A DNA stretch of 63,407 bases, the filler included, from Actinomycetota bacterium (GTDB lineage: Bacteria > Actinomycetota > Acidimicrobiia > IMCC26256 > VFJJ01): assembly GCA_009886115.1 (NCBI GenBank). It is 5 parts of 5 records of this genome, joined end to end, with 100 filler letters (N's around TTAATTAATTAA, not from the genome) between each part and the next. Parts side by side here need not be neighbours in the genome. Positions count along the whole stretch, not along the records: positions 39,289 to 45,644 come from VFJJ01000161.1; positions 45,745 to 59,519 come from VFJJ01000164.1; 3 more parts are not named here. One strand, written 5' to 3'. This document shows positions 39,289-50,500 of this stretch, in pieces. Within the stretch, counting starts at the first letter, position 1, and each line of letters starts with the position of its first letter. Below the pieces are notes generated by a model. It was not told the DNA's origin, ran no database searches, and saw only the letters and a list, made by a program, of their open reading frames with translations. Position numbers and translations under genes: made by a program.

Positions 39289-39900
39289 CGGTTCGGCGTG
39301 GCCTTCGACGTCGATGTTGGGCACGATGCGGTCGAGCCAGCGGGGGAGCCACCAGTTCTTGTCTCCCAGGAGCTCCATGGTGGCGGGCACGAGCAGGAGC
39401 CGGACGATCGTGGCGCCGCGGCGGCGGTGATGACCTTGGCCGTGGCGGCGAGGCCGTCAGCGACCGAGGTACGACTGTCGCCGGTGCCGGTGCCGGTGCC
39501 GGCGTCGAGCTCGGCGACGAGGCTGAGCGGCCCGTTGAAGCCGGGGCCGAACCCGTCGACCAGCAAGTCGTAGGCCTGCCTGGTGGTGGTGGTGTCGTCG
39601 GCGAAGTTGCTCTCGTCGGAGAACCCGAGACGCAACCCGAGGACGGGCAACGCCAAGACCAGCAACACGACCGTCCCCGCGGCAGCCGAGACCCAAGGAT
39701 GGTGCTGGATGACTCGACTCCACCGGTACGCGGTCGTTTCCCGGAGCGGCTCTCGGCGAACTCCCGGCTCCTTGGGCATACGGGCTCTCCACCCGGTTGA
39801 CGTCGTCGATCGCGGCGACCTCCTGGAAGAGGGTCTGCATGGCGTCGCGTACCGCAGGGTCGTCGACACCCTGTTCGGCCCGGAACACGATCGCGCCCGG
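39289..39900 (-). pseudogene. MMPL (RND) transporter remnant with large internal deletions
   Basis: Collinear fragments in shifting frames: VDDPAVR..RVESPY; RQAYDLLVDGFGPGFNGPL; GLAATAKVITAAA; ATIVRLLLVPATMELLGDKNWWLPRWLDR. Confidence 0.8.
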
Positions 39901-40177
39901 CGGGCCGATGGAGAAACGACCGACATCGACAGGTCGGGGCTCACGCTTGCTCATCGAGAGGCGGGGCGGCAAGCTCCGTGCTGGGAGGTCCAGCACGGGA
40001 CGGCAACCTGGTTGCACGACCGGAGCCAGAACGAGCCCATGGGCACCATCGGGGGACCCGGAGGCGGCGCAACGAAGTCGGCAAGACCGTCGGAGAACCG
40101 TGTGCGGGAACACCGCACGCACGCACTGAAAGGGGAATGGGGCAGGGGACCGGCAACGGCGCCTGCCCCGACTGCCA

Positions 40178-40981
40178 ATGGACGAGCAGATTCAACAGGC
40201 CTTCGACTTGTCGGGTCGTGTCGCAGTGGTCACGGGGGCCGGTGGCGGCATCGGGCGCCAGGCGGCGCTCACGTTCGCCGGTGCCGGGGCCACCGTGGTG
40301 ATCGCCGACGTGCTCGGCGACCGCCTCGACGAAACCGCCGCCGCCTTGAAGGACACGGGCGCCACGGTGTCGGTCGTCCCGACCGACATGAGCCGCAAGG
40401 CCGAGGTCGACGCGCTGGCCGAGGCCGCGCTCGCGCACCACGGCCGTCTCGACGTGTGGGCCAACGTGGCGGCGATCCTGCGGCACAACCTGATCCTCGA
40501 CGTTCCCGAGGACGAGCTCGACGCCATCATCAGCGTGAACCTCAAGGGCGTCTTCTTCGGCTGCCAGGCCGCCGGGCGGGCCATGGTCGCTGCGGGGCGG
40601 GGCTCGATCATCAACATCGCATCGCAGGGCATGGACCACCCGTCCCCGCTCGTGGGCGCCTACGCGCTCACGAAGGCGGCGGTCGCCATGCTCACCCGCA
40701 CCGTCGCCGTGGAGCTCGGGCCCCAGGGCGTGCGGGCCAACGCCGTCGCTCCCGGGTTCATCCCCACGCCCATGACGGCGTACCGATGGAACGATGCCGA
40801 GGGCAACGTCGACCCCGAACGCCAGCAGGCGGCCTTCGACCTCATGTCGTCGTTGGTGCCCTTGCGGTGCGTCGGCGAGCCCCTCGACATCGCCCTGGCC
40901 ATGCTCTACCTGGCCAGCGATGCCTCGAAGTTCATGACCGGCCAGGTCTTGCGCCCCAACGGCGGCGGCTCGATGCCCTGA
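40178..40981 (+). CDS. Short-chain dehydrogenase/reductase
   Basis: TGAGGGIG, YALTK, NAVAPG. Confidence 0.92.
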   Translation: MDEQIQQAFDLSGRVAVVTGAGGGIGRQAALTFAGAGATVVIADVLGDRLDETAAALKDTGATVSVVPTDMSRKAEVDALAEAALAHHGRLDVWANVAAILRHNLILDVPEDELDAIISVNLKGVFFGCQAAGRAMVAAGRGSIINIASQGMDHPSPLVGAYALTKAAVAMLTRTVAVELGPQGVRANAVAPGFIPTPMTAYRWNDAEGNVDPERQQAAFDLMSSLVPLRCVGEPLDIALAMLYLASDASKFMTGQVLRPNGGGSMP

Positions 40982-41020
40982 CCGGCGCCCGGTGTCAGGG
41001 CCCGGTGTCAGGCCCCGGTG

Positions 41021-41476
41021 TCAGGGCTTGGTGCGGGGACGGTCCGGGAGCTTGGTGCGGTAGCTCAGCGGTAGCAGCTCCAGGAGCTGACCGTCGGGGT
41101 CGCGGATGAACATGGCGACGCCCAGGTCGCTCTCCTCGATGACCTGTCCGCCGTGCTCGGTGGCCTGCTCGGCCGTGGCCCGAACGTCGGCGACCGAGAA
41201 CGACAGGTGGGTCAGCCCGGGCTCGTTCATCGTGCGGGGCCGGAACCCGGCGGTGGCGCCCGGCACCGAGTAGTGCAGGAGCTCGAGCACGAGCCCGTCG
41301 AGCGTCAGGTACGAGGCCGTGACCCCCAGGGGCGGCTCGAGGCAGCTGAGCTTGGCGGTGGCCGCGTCGGGCGGCGTGATCTCGTACCAGGGCTCAAATC
41401 CGAGCACTTCCTGGTAGAACCGCTTGGAGCGTTCCAGGTCGGTGACGACCTGTCCCGTGTGGTTGTACGTGGCCAT
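41021..41476 (-). CDS. VOC/glyoxalase family protein
   Basis: NHTGQVVTDLERSKRFY, LELL, GLTHLSF, RDPDGQLLEL. Confidence 0.9.
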   Translation of the reverse strand: MATYNHTGQVVTDLERSKRFYQEVLGFEPWYEITPPDAATAKLSCLEPPLGVTASYLTLDGLVLELLHYSVPGATAGFRPRTMNEPGLTHLSFSVADVRATAEQATEHGGQVIEESDLGVAMFIRDPDGQLLELLPLSYRTKLPDRPRTKP

Positions 41477-41678
41477 CCGACCTCGCTGCCCTGTGCGCGC
41501 TCTGGGCCCGCTGCCCGCTGCGCCCGTCCGAACGAACCGGGCGTGGTGTTGCGTGTCGCCCGGCGGCGCCACGGTAGCCACGGCCTCGCCTCGTGGGCGT
41601 CGCCTTCTGGCACGATGTCGACGCCGCGGCCGCGACGACACCCGACGAGACGCAACCTCGCACCCAGAATGGAGCTCC

Positions 41679-43175
41679 GTGAAGCCGACAGCTCGGCAAC
41701 TGTTCGGTCCCGAGGGGACCCCCCGGGTGGTGGTCGTGGGCGCCGGCTTCGGCGGGATCGCCGCCGGCGTGAAGATGAAGGACGCCGGGATCCACACGTT
41801 CACCATCTACGAGTCGTCGCTCGGCGTCGGGGGCACGTGGCGCGACAACACCTACCCGGGCGCCGAGGTCGACGTGGGATCGCACCTCTACTCGTACTCG
41901 TTCAAGCCCCACGACTGGAGCCGCACGCACGCCGGGCAGGCCGAGCTCCGTGCGTACCTCGAAGAGACCGTCGACGAGCACGGGTTGCGCCCGCATCTGC
42001 GCCTCGGCGTGGCCGTCGAGTCGGCCACCTGGGACGACGAGCGCCACCTGTGGATGGTCATCCTCGACGACGGCACGACCGACGAGGCCCACGTCGTCAT
42101 CAGCGGCGTGGGGTTCCTGAACGTCCCCCGCTACCCCGACTGGCCCGGCCTCGACGACTTCCAGGGCCCCGCGTTCCACACGGCGCGCTGGGAGCACGGC
42201 GTCGACCTCACCGACAAGGTCGTGGCCGTGGTGGGGACGGGCTCGACGGCCACCCAGATCGTCCCGGCCATCCAGCCGATCGTCGAGCACCTGTACCTGT
42301 TCCAGCGCGAGCCCGGCTGGGTGATGCCCAAGGGCGAGCGCGACTTCACCGACGAGGAGCGGCAGCGGTTCTCGAACCGGTGGCGGCGCAAGCGAGAGCG
42401 CCTGCGGCTGTTGTGGATGATGGAGAAGAACATCTGGGGAGGGAAGATCTTCCGGGTCGACTCGGAAGCCAACGCCGCCCGCCGCCAGTTCTGCCTCGAC
42501 TACATCGCCCGGTCGTTCGCCGACCGCCCCGACCTCCGGGAGGCCGTCACCCCGTCGTACCCCTACCCCGGGAAGCGTCCGATCTTCGCCACCACGTTCT
42601 ACCCATCGCTCAAGCAGCCCAATGTGGAGCTGGTCCCGAAGGCCGTGGCGTCGCTCACTCGCACGGGGATCGTCGACGTCGACGGTGTCGAGCGCCGGAT
42701 CGACGTCCTCGTGATGGCGACGGGGTTCCGGCCGGCCGACTACCTCGCCCGGCTGAAGGTCGTGGGCCGTACGGGCACGACCCTGCAGGAGTACTGGGCC
42801 GGTGAGCCGCACGCCTTCCTCGGGATCACCGTCCCCGAGTTCCCCAACTTCTTCATCCTCTACGGGCCCGGCACCAACGGCGGCGAGATCGTCACGATGC
42901 TCGAGAGCCAGTCGGAGTACGCCGTGCGGGCGATGGTGCGCATGAAGCGAGAGCGGGTGACCGCCGTCGAGGTCAGGCCCGGGTTCGACGCCCGGTGGAA
43001 CCGCTGGCTCCAGTCGCAGATGGAAGGCACGTCGTGGACCATGAGCAACAACTACTTCACCGCGCCCACCGGCAAGGTCGTGACCCAGTGGCCCCGCGGC
43101 TGCTCGCTCTACAAGGCACTCACCAAGGTGTTCGGCCGCGTGAGCGAGACGACGCGGCGGCGACAGATCATCTGA
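41679..43175 (+). CDS. Flavin monooxygenase, Baeyer-Villiger type
   Basis: GAGFGG, GGTWRDNTYPG, FQGPAFHTARW fingerprint, GTGSTA, ATGF. Confidence 0.92.
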   Translation: MKPTARQLFGPEGTPRVVVVGAGFGGIAAGVKMKDAGIHTFTIYESSLGVGGTWRDNTYPGAEVDVGSHLYSYSFKPHDWSRTHAGQAELRAYLEETVDEHGLRPHLRLGVAVESATWDDERHLWMVILDDGTTDEAHVVISGVGFLNVPRYPDWPGLDDFQGPAFHTARWEHGVDLTDKVVAVVGTGSTATQIVPAIQPIVEHLYLFQREPGWVMPKGERDFTDEERQRFSNRWRRKRERLRLLWMMEKNIWGGKIFRVDSEANAARRQFCLDYIARSFADRPDLREAVTPSYPYPGKRPIFATTFYPSLKQPNVELVPKAVASLTRTGIVDVDGVERRIDVLVMATGFRPADYLARLKVVGRTGTTLQEYWAGEPHAFLGITVPEFPNFFILYGPGTNGGEIVTMLESQSEYAVRAMVRMKRERVTAVEVRPGFDARWNRWLQSQMEGTSWTMSNNYFTAPTGKVVTQWPRGCSLYKALTKVFGRVSETTRRRQII

Positions 43176-43300
43176 CGCCGGCAGCGGCACGATGGACGAC
43201 ATCGACCGTGACAGTCGGGCCGGTTGGCGCCGGCGTGCAGCCCGGACCTCCTGATAACGTGGTTCTCTGTGCTGAGTAACTCGCCTCTCCGGGGTCGAAG

Positions 43301-43492
43301 GTGGACTTCAGCGAGCCTGCCGACCACCAGGCCATTCGCGAGGGCATCCGGCGCGTGTGCGCCGACTTCCCCGACGAGTACGGGGCCCGGCTCGACCAGG
43401 CCCTCGAGTTCCCGTGGGACTTCTACGCCCGGCTCGCCGAGGGCGGATGGCCTCCCGCGGAGCTCCTGACGTGTCCACGGGGCGGGCACTGA
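43301..43492 (+). pseudogene. Acyl-CoA dehydrogenase N-terminal fragment
   Basis: MDFSEPADHQAIREGIRRVCADFPDEY...FPWDFYARLAEGGW, then homology ends. Confidence 0.75.
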
Positions 43493-43493
43493 G

Positions 43494-44348
43494 ATGACGG
43501 CCTGTCGGGCGTACCACGGCATCGAGGTGACGCCCATCGCCGGGGCGCTCGGCGCCGAGATCGCCGGGGTCGACCTCGGCCGCGAGCTGAGCGACGAGCT
43601 CGTTTCGGAGATCAGGCGAGCGTGGCTCGATCATCTCGTGGTGTTCTTTCGCGACCAGACCCTCTCGTTGCCCGAGTTCCTGGCGTTCGCCCGGCGCATC
43701 GGCCGACCGGTCGAATATCCGTTCGTGAAAGGGATCGAGGGCTTCCCCGAGATCATCACGGTCACCAAGCTCCCGCACGAGACCGTGAACTTCGGTGGGA
43801 TCTGGCACAGCGACACCGTGTATCTCGACCGACCGCCCATGGCCACGATGCTGATCGCCCGCGAGGTTCCCCCGTTCGGCGGCGACACCCTGTGGTCGAA
43901 CATGTACGCCGCCTACGAGTCGCTCTCACCGGGCATGCAGCGACTGCTCGAGGGTCTGCGGGCGGTCAACAGCTCGGCGATGGCCGACGTCTCGAAGACG
44001 CGCGAGGACCGCATCCGCGACAGCGGCACGGCCGAAGACGCAACCAGGGTCTACGAATCCGAGCATCCGGTCGTGCGCACGCATCCCGAGACCGGACGCA
44101 GGGCGCTGTACGTGAACGTCGCCCACACGTCGCGCTTCGTCGACATGACCGAGGACGAGAGCCGACCCCTGCTGGCGTACCTGTTTGCCCACTCGACGCG
44201 TCCCGAGCTCACCTGCCGGTTCCCGTGGCGGGAGGGATCGCTGGCCCTGTGGGACAACCGCTGTGCGATGCACAACCCGATCAACGACTACCACGGCCAC
44301 ACCCGGACCATGCACCGCATCACCCTCGCCGGTGACGTTCCCGCATGA
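43494..44348 (+). CDS. TauD/TfdA family 2-oxoglutarate dioxygenase
   Basis: WHSD, HPVVRTHPETG, WDNRCAMH, MHRIT. Confidence 0.93.
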   Translation: MTACRAYHGIEVTPIAGALGAEIAGVDLGRELSDELVSEIRRAWLDHLVVFFRDQTLSLPEFLAFARRIGRPVEYPFVKGIEGFPEIITVTKLPHETVNFGGIWHSDTVYLDRPPMATMLIAREVPPFGGDTLWSNMYAAYESLSPGMQRLLEGLRAVNSSAMADVSKTREDRIRDSGTAEDATRVYESEHPVVRTHPETGRRALYVNVAHTSRFVDMTEDESRPLLAYLFAHSTRPELTCRFPWREGSLALWDNRCAMHNPINDYHGHTRTMHRITLAGDVPA

Positions 44349-44381
44349 CGGACCGGCGCCGAGCGAGACGAGGACGACCCG

Positions 44382-45644
44382 ATGGTCGACGCGCCCAGTT
44401 GGCCCAGCATCCCGGCCATGGCGCTCCAGAGCGCCGAGCGCTTCGGTGCCGACGAGGCTGTCGTCGACGGTGACGTCCGGCTGAGCTTCGCCGAACTCGG
44501 CGTGCTCGTACGCGCCAGCGCCAAGGCCATGATCGCGGCCGGCGTCACCCACGGGGACCGCGTGGCGATCTGGGCCCCCAACTCGATCGGGTGGGTCGTG
44601 GCCGCGTTGGGTCTGCAGGCGGCCGGGGCCGGCCTGGTGCCCGTCAACACGCGCTGGAAGGGCGAGGAGGCAGCCGACATCCTCGAGCGCAGTGGCGCTC
44701 GCCTGCTGTGCACCGTGACCGGGTTCCTCGATGTCGACCCCGTCGGCATGTTGGCCCGATCGCAGAGCGAGCTCCCGTCGCTCGGCGGCATCGTGGTGCT
44801 CAGCGGCCCGACGCCCCCGGGCTGCACGAGCTGGGACGAGTTCCTGGCGGCCGGCGCCGACGTGGGCGACGACATCGTCGACGAGCGGCTGGCTGCGCTG
44901 GGCCCCGATGACATCTGCGACATCCTGTTCACCTCGGGCACCACGGGCCGGCCCAAGGGTGTGGTGATGCGCCACGGCCAGACGTTGCGATTCTCCGAGA
45001 GCTGGTGCGACTTCGCCGGTCTGCGCCGCGGCGACCGCTATCTGGTCGTCAACCCCTTCTTCCACATGTTCGGCTACAAGGCGGGCTGGATGCCGTGCCT
45101 CATTCGGGGCGCGACGTTGCTCCCTGTGCCGGTGTTCGACGTCGGCCGCGTGCTCGGCATCGTCGAGCGGGAGCGGGTCACGGTGTTCCCGGGCGCGCCC
45201 ACCGTCTATCAGTCGTTGCTCGATCATCCCCGCCGGGCCGAGCACGACATCTCGTCGCTGCGGGTGGCCGTCACCGGCGCGGCTGACATCCCGGTCGAGC
45301 TGATCCGTCGCATGCACACCGAGCTTCCGTTCGAGGCGATCATGACCGGCTACGGCCTCACCGAGGCGGCCACCTGCACGGGCAGCCGGCCCGGCGACAG
45401 CTTCGAGACGATCGCCGGCACGGCGGGCCGGGCCATGGAGGGCCTCGAGGTCCGCGTCGTGACGGCGGACGGCACGGACGGCGCGGCCGGCACCGGCGGC
45501 ACCGGCAGCGCCGGCAGCTGCGCGACCGGCAGCGACGGCAGCGAGGCGCCCCGAGGCGAGGCCGGCGAGATCGTGGTGCGCGGCTACAGCGTCATGACGG
45601 AGTACTTCGACGACACGGAGGCCACCGCGGCAGCGATCGATGCC
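44382..45644 (+). CDS. Acyl-CoA ligase, FadD3-like (partial)
   Basis: FTSGTTGRPKG, NPFFHMFGYKAG, GYGLTE, GEIVVRG. Confidence 0.88.
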
Positions 45645-45744
45645 NNNNNNNNNNNNNNNNNNNNNNNNNNNNNNNNNNNNNNNNNNNNTTAATTAATTAA
45701 NNNNNNNNNNNNNNNNNNNNNNNNNNNNNNNNNNNNNNNNNNNN
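45645..45744. other. Artificial contig spacer
   Basis: N run with TTAATTAATTAA. Confidence 0.99.
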
Positions 45745-45745
45745 C

Positions 45746-46540
45746 CGCTACGAAGCGGTCCGCTCCCCGCTCGACCTCGGGCCGGCCGAGGGCCGAATCG
45801 CAGCCGGTACCCGCATCTCGTACGTGCCCGCGGCAGCGTTGGTGCTCAGGCGGGCGGCGCTCGACGCGATCGGCGGCTTCGACGAGGCCATGCCCGTGGG
45901 TGAGGATGTCGACCTCGAGTGGCGCCTGGCCGACGCCGGCTGGCGGGCCCGCTACGAACCCGCCGCCACGGTCGCTCACGAGCACCGGACCCGACCGGGC
46001 GCCTGGCTCCGGCGCCGCTTCGACTACGGCACTTCGGCCGCACCGTTGGCGAAACGTCACCCGGGCGCGCTGACGCCGCTGGCGGTGTCGTGGTGGAGCG
46101 TCGCCGTGTGGGGCTTGCTGGCCACCGGTCGGCCTCGAACGGCAGTGGCGGTCGCCGCCGGGACGACGGGGGCGTTGGCCCGCAAGCTCCGCCGGCTCCC
46201 CGATCCGATACGCGAGTCGGCCCGCCTGGGCCTCCTCGGCCATGTCCACGCCGGGCGGGCCATCGCCACCGCGCTCACGCGCACCTGGCTGCCCGCGATG
46301 GTCGCCGCCGGGCTCGTGTCGCGGACCGCGCGGCGGGCGCTCGTCGCTGCGATCGTCGTCCCCGCGACGATCGGGTGGCGCCAGAAGCGCCCCGACATCG
46401 ACCCGGTCGCGTGGGCGGCCCTGGTGCTCGCCGACGATGCTTCCTACTGCGCAGGCGTCTGGTGGGGCTGCTGGCGGCACCGGACGCTGGCGCCGCTCGT
46501 CCCCGATCTGCGGTCGTGGCCCGGCCGCGTCACACCGTGA
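45746..46540 (+). CDS. mftF: Mycofactocin glycosyltransferase MftF, C-terminal part
   Basis: RYEAVRSPLDLG, SYVPAAALV, GFDE..VGEDVDL.WRL, RRFDYGTSAAPL..RHP. Confidence 0.85.
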   Translation, partial: RYEAVRSPLDLGPAEGRIAAGTRISYVPAAALVLRRAALDAIGGFDEAMPVGEDVDLEWRLADAGWRARYEPAATVAHEHRTRPGAWLRRRFDYGTSAAPLAKRHPGALTPLAVSWWSVAVWGLLATGRPRTAVAVAAGTTGALARKLRRLPDPIRESARLGLLGHVHAGRAIATALTRTWLPAMVAAGLVSRTARRALVAAIVVPATIGWRQKRPDIDPVAWAALVLADDASYCAGVWWGCWRHRTLAPLVPDLRSWPGRVTP

Positions 46541-46639
46541 TCGTCCTCGACCACCAGGACCTTGCGCTTCATGACGTCCATGGTGCCTCCAACGCTGTCA
46601 AGAACCGATGAAGTTCCGATGGTGGCTCGATGGCGGCCG

Positions 46640-47536
46640 TCACCGCGCAGCGCGAGCCGCGAGCTCCTCGACAACGGCACACCGCATGGCCTGGACGGGC
46701 GCCACGCGGCCCGTCCAGCGCTCAAACGCCAGCGCCGCCTGGTGCAACAGCATGCCCAGCCCGTTCAGCGTGGGGTTCCCGCGAAGCCGGGCGGCAGCGA
46801 GCCAGGCCGTCTCGGCCGGGTGGTAGACGAGGTCGACGGCCACGGTGCCGGGCCCCAGACCGTCGGGTGGCACGGGCAGGCCGTCAGCATCGTCGTGCAT
46901 CCCGACCGGGGTGGCGTTGATCACGACGTCGGCCGCCGAGCAGGCCTTGGTCGCTGCTGGCTCGCCGAGGAGCGACGAGCGGCCCCCGGGTGCGAGCGAC
47001 GCCACCGACTCGGCCGCCGCGGCTCGGCGGGCCAGCACCGTGAGCTCGACTCCTCGGCGCCCGATGGCCAGGGCCACCGCCCTGGCTGCACCACCAGCTC
47101 CAACGAGCACGACCCGGCGACCATCGACAGCGACGCCCGCGTCGGCCAGCGATCTGAGCAATCCCTCGCCGTCGGTGGAATCACCGAGCAGGCGCCCGCC
47201 GGGCAGACGGGCGATGGTGTTGACGACGCCGAGTCGGGCCGCGTCGTCGGTGAGCTCGTCGCACGCGGCCGCCGCAGCGTCCTTGTGCGGCATGGTCACG
47301 TTGAGCCCGCTGATGCCGAGGGCTCGCATGGCCCCGATCGCCCCGGCGGCCTCACCCCGGGCGACCGGGAGCGCCACGTACACGGCGTCGATGCCGAGCG
47401 CGGCGAAGGCGGCGTTGTGCAGCACCGGGGAGAGCGAATGCCGGACCGGATCGCCGATGACGCCGTAGAGCTCGGTCGCTCCGGTCGGGGCCGACCGTGC
47501 CGACGCTGGCGACGCCGTCGACCGGGTGGTGCTCAT
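46640..47536 (-). CDS. aroE: Shikimate dehydrogenase
   Basis: HSLSPVLHN, NVTMPHK, VVNT, GAGGAARA, NATPVG, GLGMLLHQA. Confidence 0.95.
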   Translation of the reverse strand: MSTTRSTASPASARSAPTGATELYGVIGDPVRHSLSPVLHNAAFAALGIDAVYVALPVARGEAAGAIGAMRALGISGLNVTMPHKDAAAAACDELTDDAARLGVVNTIARLPGGRLLGDSTDGEGLLRSLADAGVAVDGRRVVLVGAGGAARAVALAIGRRGVELTVLARRAAAAESVASLAPGGRSSLLGEPAATKACSAADVVINATPVGMHDDADGLPVPPDGLGPGTVAVDLVYHPAETAWLAAARLRGNPTLNGLGMLLHQAALAFERWTGRVAPVQAMRCAVVEELAARAAR

Positions 47537-50500
47537 ATCACCCCGTCGGCCTTGGCCTGGGCCTTGAACGCCTCGAACTCCTCGAGGGTGGCAGCGAACG
47601 AGTGGCTGCCGTCGACGTTCGTCAACACGTAGAAGAGGTACGGGCCGGGGATCGGGTTCATGGCCGCATCGATCGACGCCGAGCGTGATGCGGCGATCGG
47701 CGTCGGCGGGAGCCCGTCACGCACGTAGGTGTTCCAATGCGACGACAAGAGGAGGTCGTCGTTGCTCAGGCGGTCGGTGCGGGGCAGGCCCTGGAGCTCC
47801 CGGGCGTACAGGACGGTGGCGTCGATCTGCAGCCGCATGGGCACCGCGAGCCGATTGTGGATGACCTGGGAGATCAGGACCCGGTCGGCCTCGACCTTGG
47901 CCTCCTCCTCGATCAGCGAGGCGATCACGATGATCTGATACGGATCGAGTCCCCTGACCGGCACGCCCGGCACCAGACCGAGCGCCGTCGCCCGCTCGTC
48001 GAACTCCTCCACCATGCGGGTGAGGATGTCGAACTCCGACCACTCCGGCGGGATGTCGTAGGTGGCCGGATACACCAGCCCTTCGACGGTGGCCACCAGC
48101 CCGGGCTGGAACTTCGAGCGAACCCTGCCGTTCTCGGCGAGCTCGAGGAACACCTCGGCGCTCCGACCGCCGGGCAGCGCGGCGACACGGTCGGCGATCT
48201 CGACGAGCGTGAGTCCCTCGGGAACGACGAGCTTGTCGACGGGGATCTCGGCGGGCTTCACCGGGCTCTCGAGGGCCGTGACCACGTCCCACGCCGCGCT
48301 GTTGCGGGCAATCGAGTACTCGCCCGCCTGGATCTCGTCGATCCCCTTGCGGTCGAGGTAGAAGCGGAACGCCCACTCGGTGCCGATGATCTCGTTCTCC
48401 TTGAGCAGGCTCACGATGTCGCTCGTGCTGGCCCCCTCGGGCACCACCACGGTGACGGCCGCGCCTGGCGGCCCCGACGGATCGAGCTGGCGCAACCACC
48501 AGTTCCTGACCCACAGCCCGGCGCCGCCAACGATGAGCACGAAGACGGCGAACGAGACCAGAACCCGGGCCCATCGGTAGCTCCGCATGCGGGGCGAGCG
48601 ATAGCCCCCGCGGCGCTGGGCCGCGGCCATCGGTGGCGTGACCGGGATGTACACCCGGCGCCGGCGGGCCCCGACCCGCTGGTAGGCCACTCGCCAATAG
48701 ACCTGATCGGGCCAGCCGATCGGCTGGGCCTCATCGGGATCGGCCGGTTGCACGAACGCCCGAGCTCCCGAACGGCGCCGGGACGGACCCCGTCGATCGG
48801 GGGCCCGGGCCGCCTCGGCGAACGGATCGCTCGAGCCGTCGTCGACCCACTCCTGCTCGGACTCGGCCCCGGGCCCGCCGATCTCACCGATCGGGACGAG
48901 CGCCTGGCCCGGCGCTGGCGATTGCGACCGGGAACGGTCGGCCTCGTCGATCGTCTCGAGGTCGAATCGGGCCTGCTCACCCGAGAACACGAGCTGGCCC
49001 GTCATGGCCAGGTCGGCGGCGTCGTGATCGCGCTCGGCGTCTTCAGCGGCGAAGGAACGACTGGCGCCCGACGACGGGATCCGCGGCTCCACGTTCCACG
49101 CCAGCCCGGCCGTCGACCCTCCCGGACCGTCGAATCCCGATCCGGGCAGGAACCGTGGCAGCGCCATGCCGCGGGTCTCGAGCCCGACTCCGTGAGGTTC
49201 AGCCGACTCGGGAGCTCGAACAGGGTGGTCCGGCTGGTCGTCGGATGCCGCGCTCGGAGGGGCCGGAACCTCATCAGCAGCGAACGCGAGCTCGAACGAA
49301 GCGGGAGGCGATCGGCGCTCAGGCGTGGCGTCCGAGGGCGACCTCGTCGGAAGGTCGCCCTCGGGCGTGGCGGCTCCGGCGGGAGCCGACGTCTCGGACA
49401 CGACCTCAGGCGTGCGATCGGCGACCGGGTGGTCGTGGTCGCGCAACAACTCGTCGAGGACACTGAGCGACGGCCGCGCAGCCGACACAGGCGCAGGCGA
49501 CACAGGCACAGCCTCGGCCGCAGGCCGGGCCGGCACAGCCTCGGGCACGACCGCTGCGGGTGTGGGTCGCGGCGGTGGTTCGAGTCGTGGTGGTTCGAGT
49601 CGCGGTGGTGCGAGTCGCGGTGGTGCGGCTCCGCCGGGTCGGAGCTCATCACCGAGCCAGCGTTCGCCGATCTGCTGCTCGGTGGGCTCCTGCTGTGCGG
49701 GTTCCGGAACCGGCTGTGGCGCTCCCGGGCGACGGCGGGCACCCGGACGAGGCTCGGGCTCGGATGACTCGCGGCCCAGGTCCTCGAGGCCCCGGAAGAC
49801 GATCGACGTCGCAGCCGACCCGGCATCGGCACTCGGGACGGCGCTTCGCTGCTCCGGGCCCGGCGACGACGCGCGGCCCGCGCTCGGCCGGGGCGGTTCG
49901 GCATCGGGCCGCCGCTCGGACGACGGATCGGACCGCGGACCGCCTCGGACCGGCGTCGCCGCCGATCGCTCCAGAGCCGCAGTGTCTTCGGCCGGGCTCC
50001 GCCGAGGCGCACGGACTGGGGCGCCGCTGGCCTCGGACCCGCGGTCTCGGTCAGGGTCGGGGGCCTGCCGGCGGGATCGGGTCGGGATCGGCTCGGGGGC
50101 ACGCTCGGCGTCTCTCGGGTCGCGGCGCTGGGGAGCGGGGCCGGCGGCTGGGTCTTCGAACGCCCGAGTAGGGGCCGCCCGGCGGGCTCCGGGGCTCGGC
50201 CGGGGCTCGGCCCCCCCCTCCGATGTCGCTTCGGTGCGGGGTTTGGCACGGGCCTTGTCCCTGGATTCGTCACGTAGCTCGTCCCGCCGGTCGGGCCGGG
50301 CCTTGACCCCGGGTTCTTCCCGCTGCTCCGGCCAGGGTTCGGCGCGCTGCTCGGGCCGCGCTTCGCCCAGCGTGTCCGGCCGCGGCTCGGGCCGGGGCTC
50401 GGCGCGTCGAGCGCCCGCCGCCCGCGCCGGCGGGGCATCGGTGCCGCGCTCGCGGTGGGGTGCGGTGGTGCGCCGAGCGGGGGCATCGGCGCCCGCCTCG

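Noticed and set aside
23417..40981. SDRs as mycofactocin-dependent enzymes
   Set aside because: Not linked to mftF, and they lack the insertion after the second strand typical of that SDR subfamily
21265..44348. TauE exporter plus TauD as a taurine pathway
   Set aside because: They lie on different contigs, and no sulfonate ABC transporter is present
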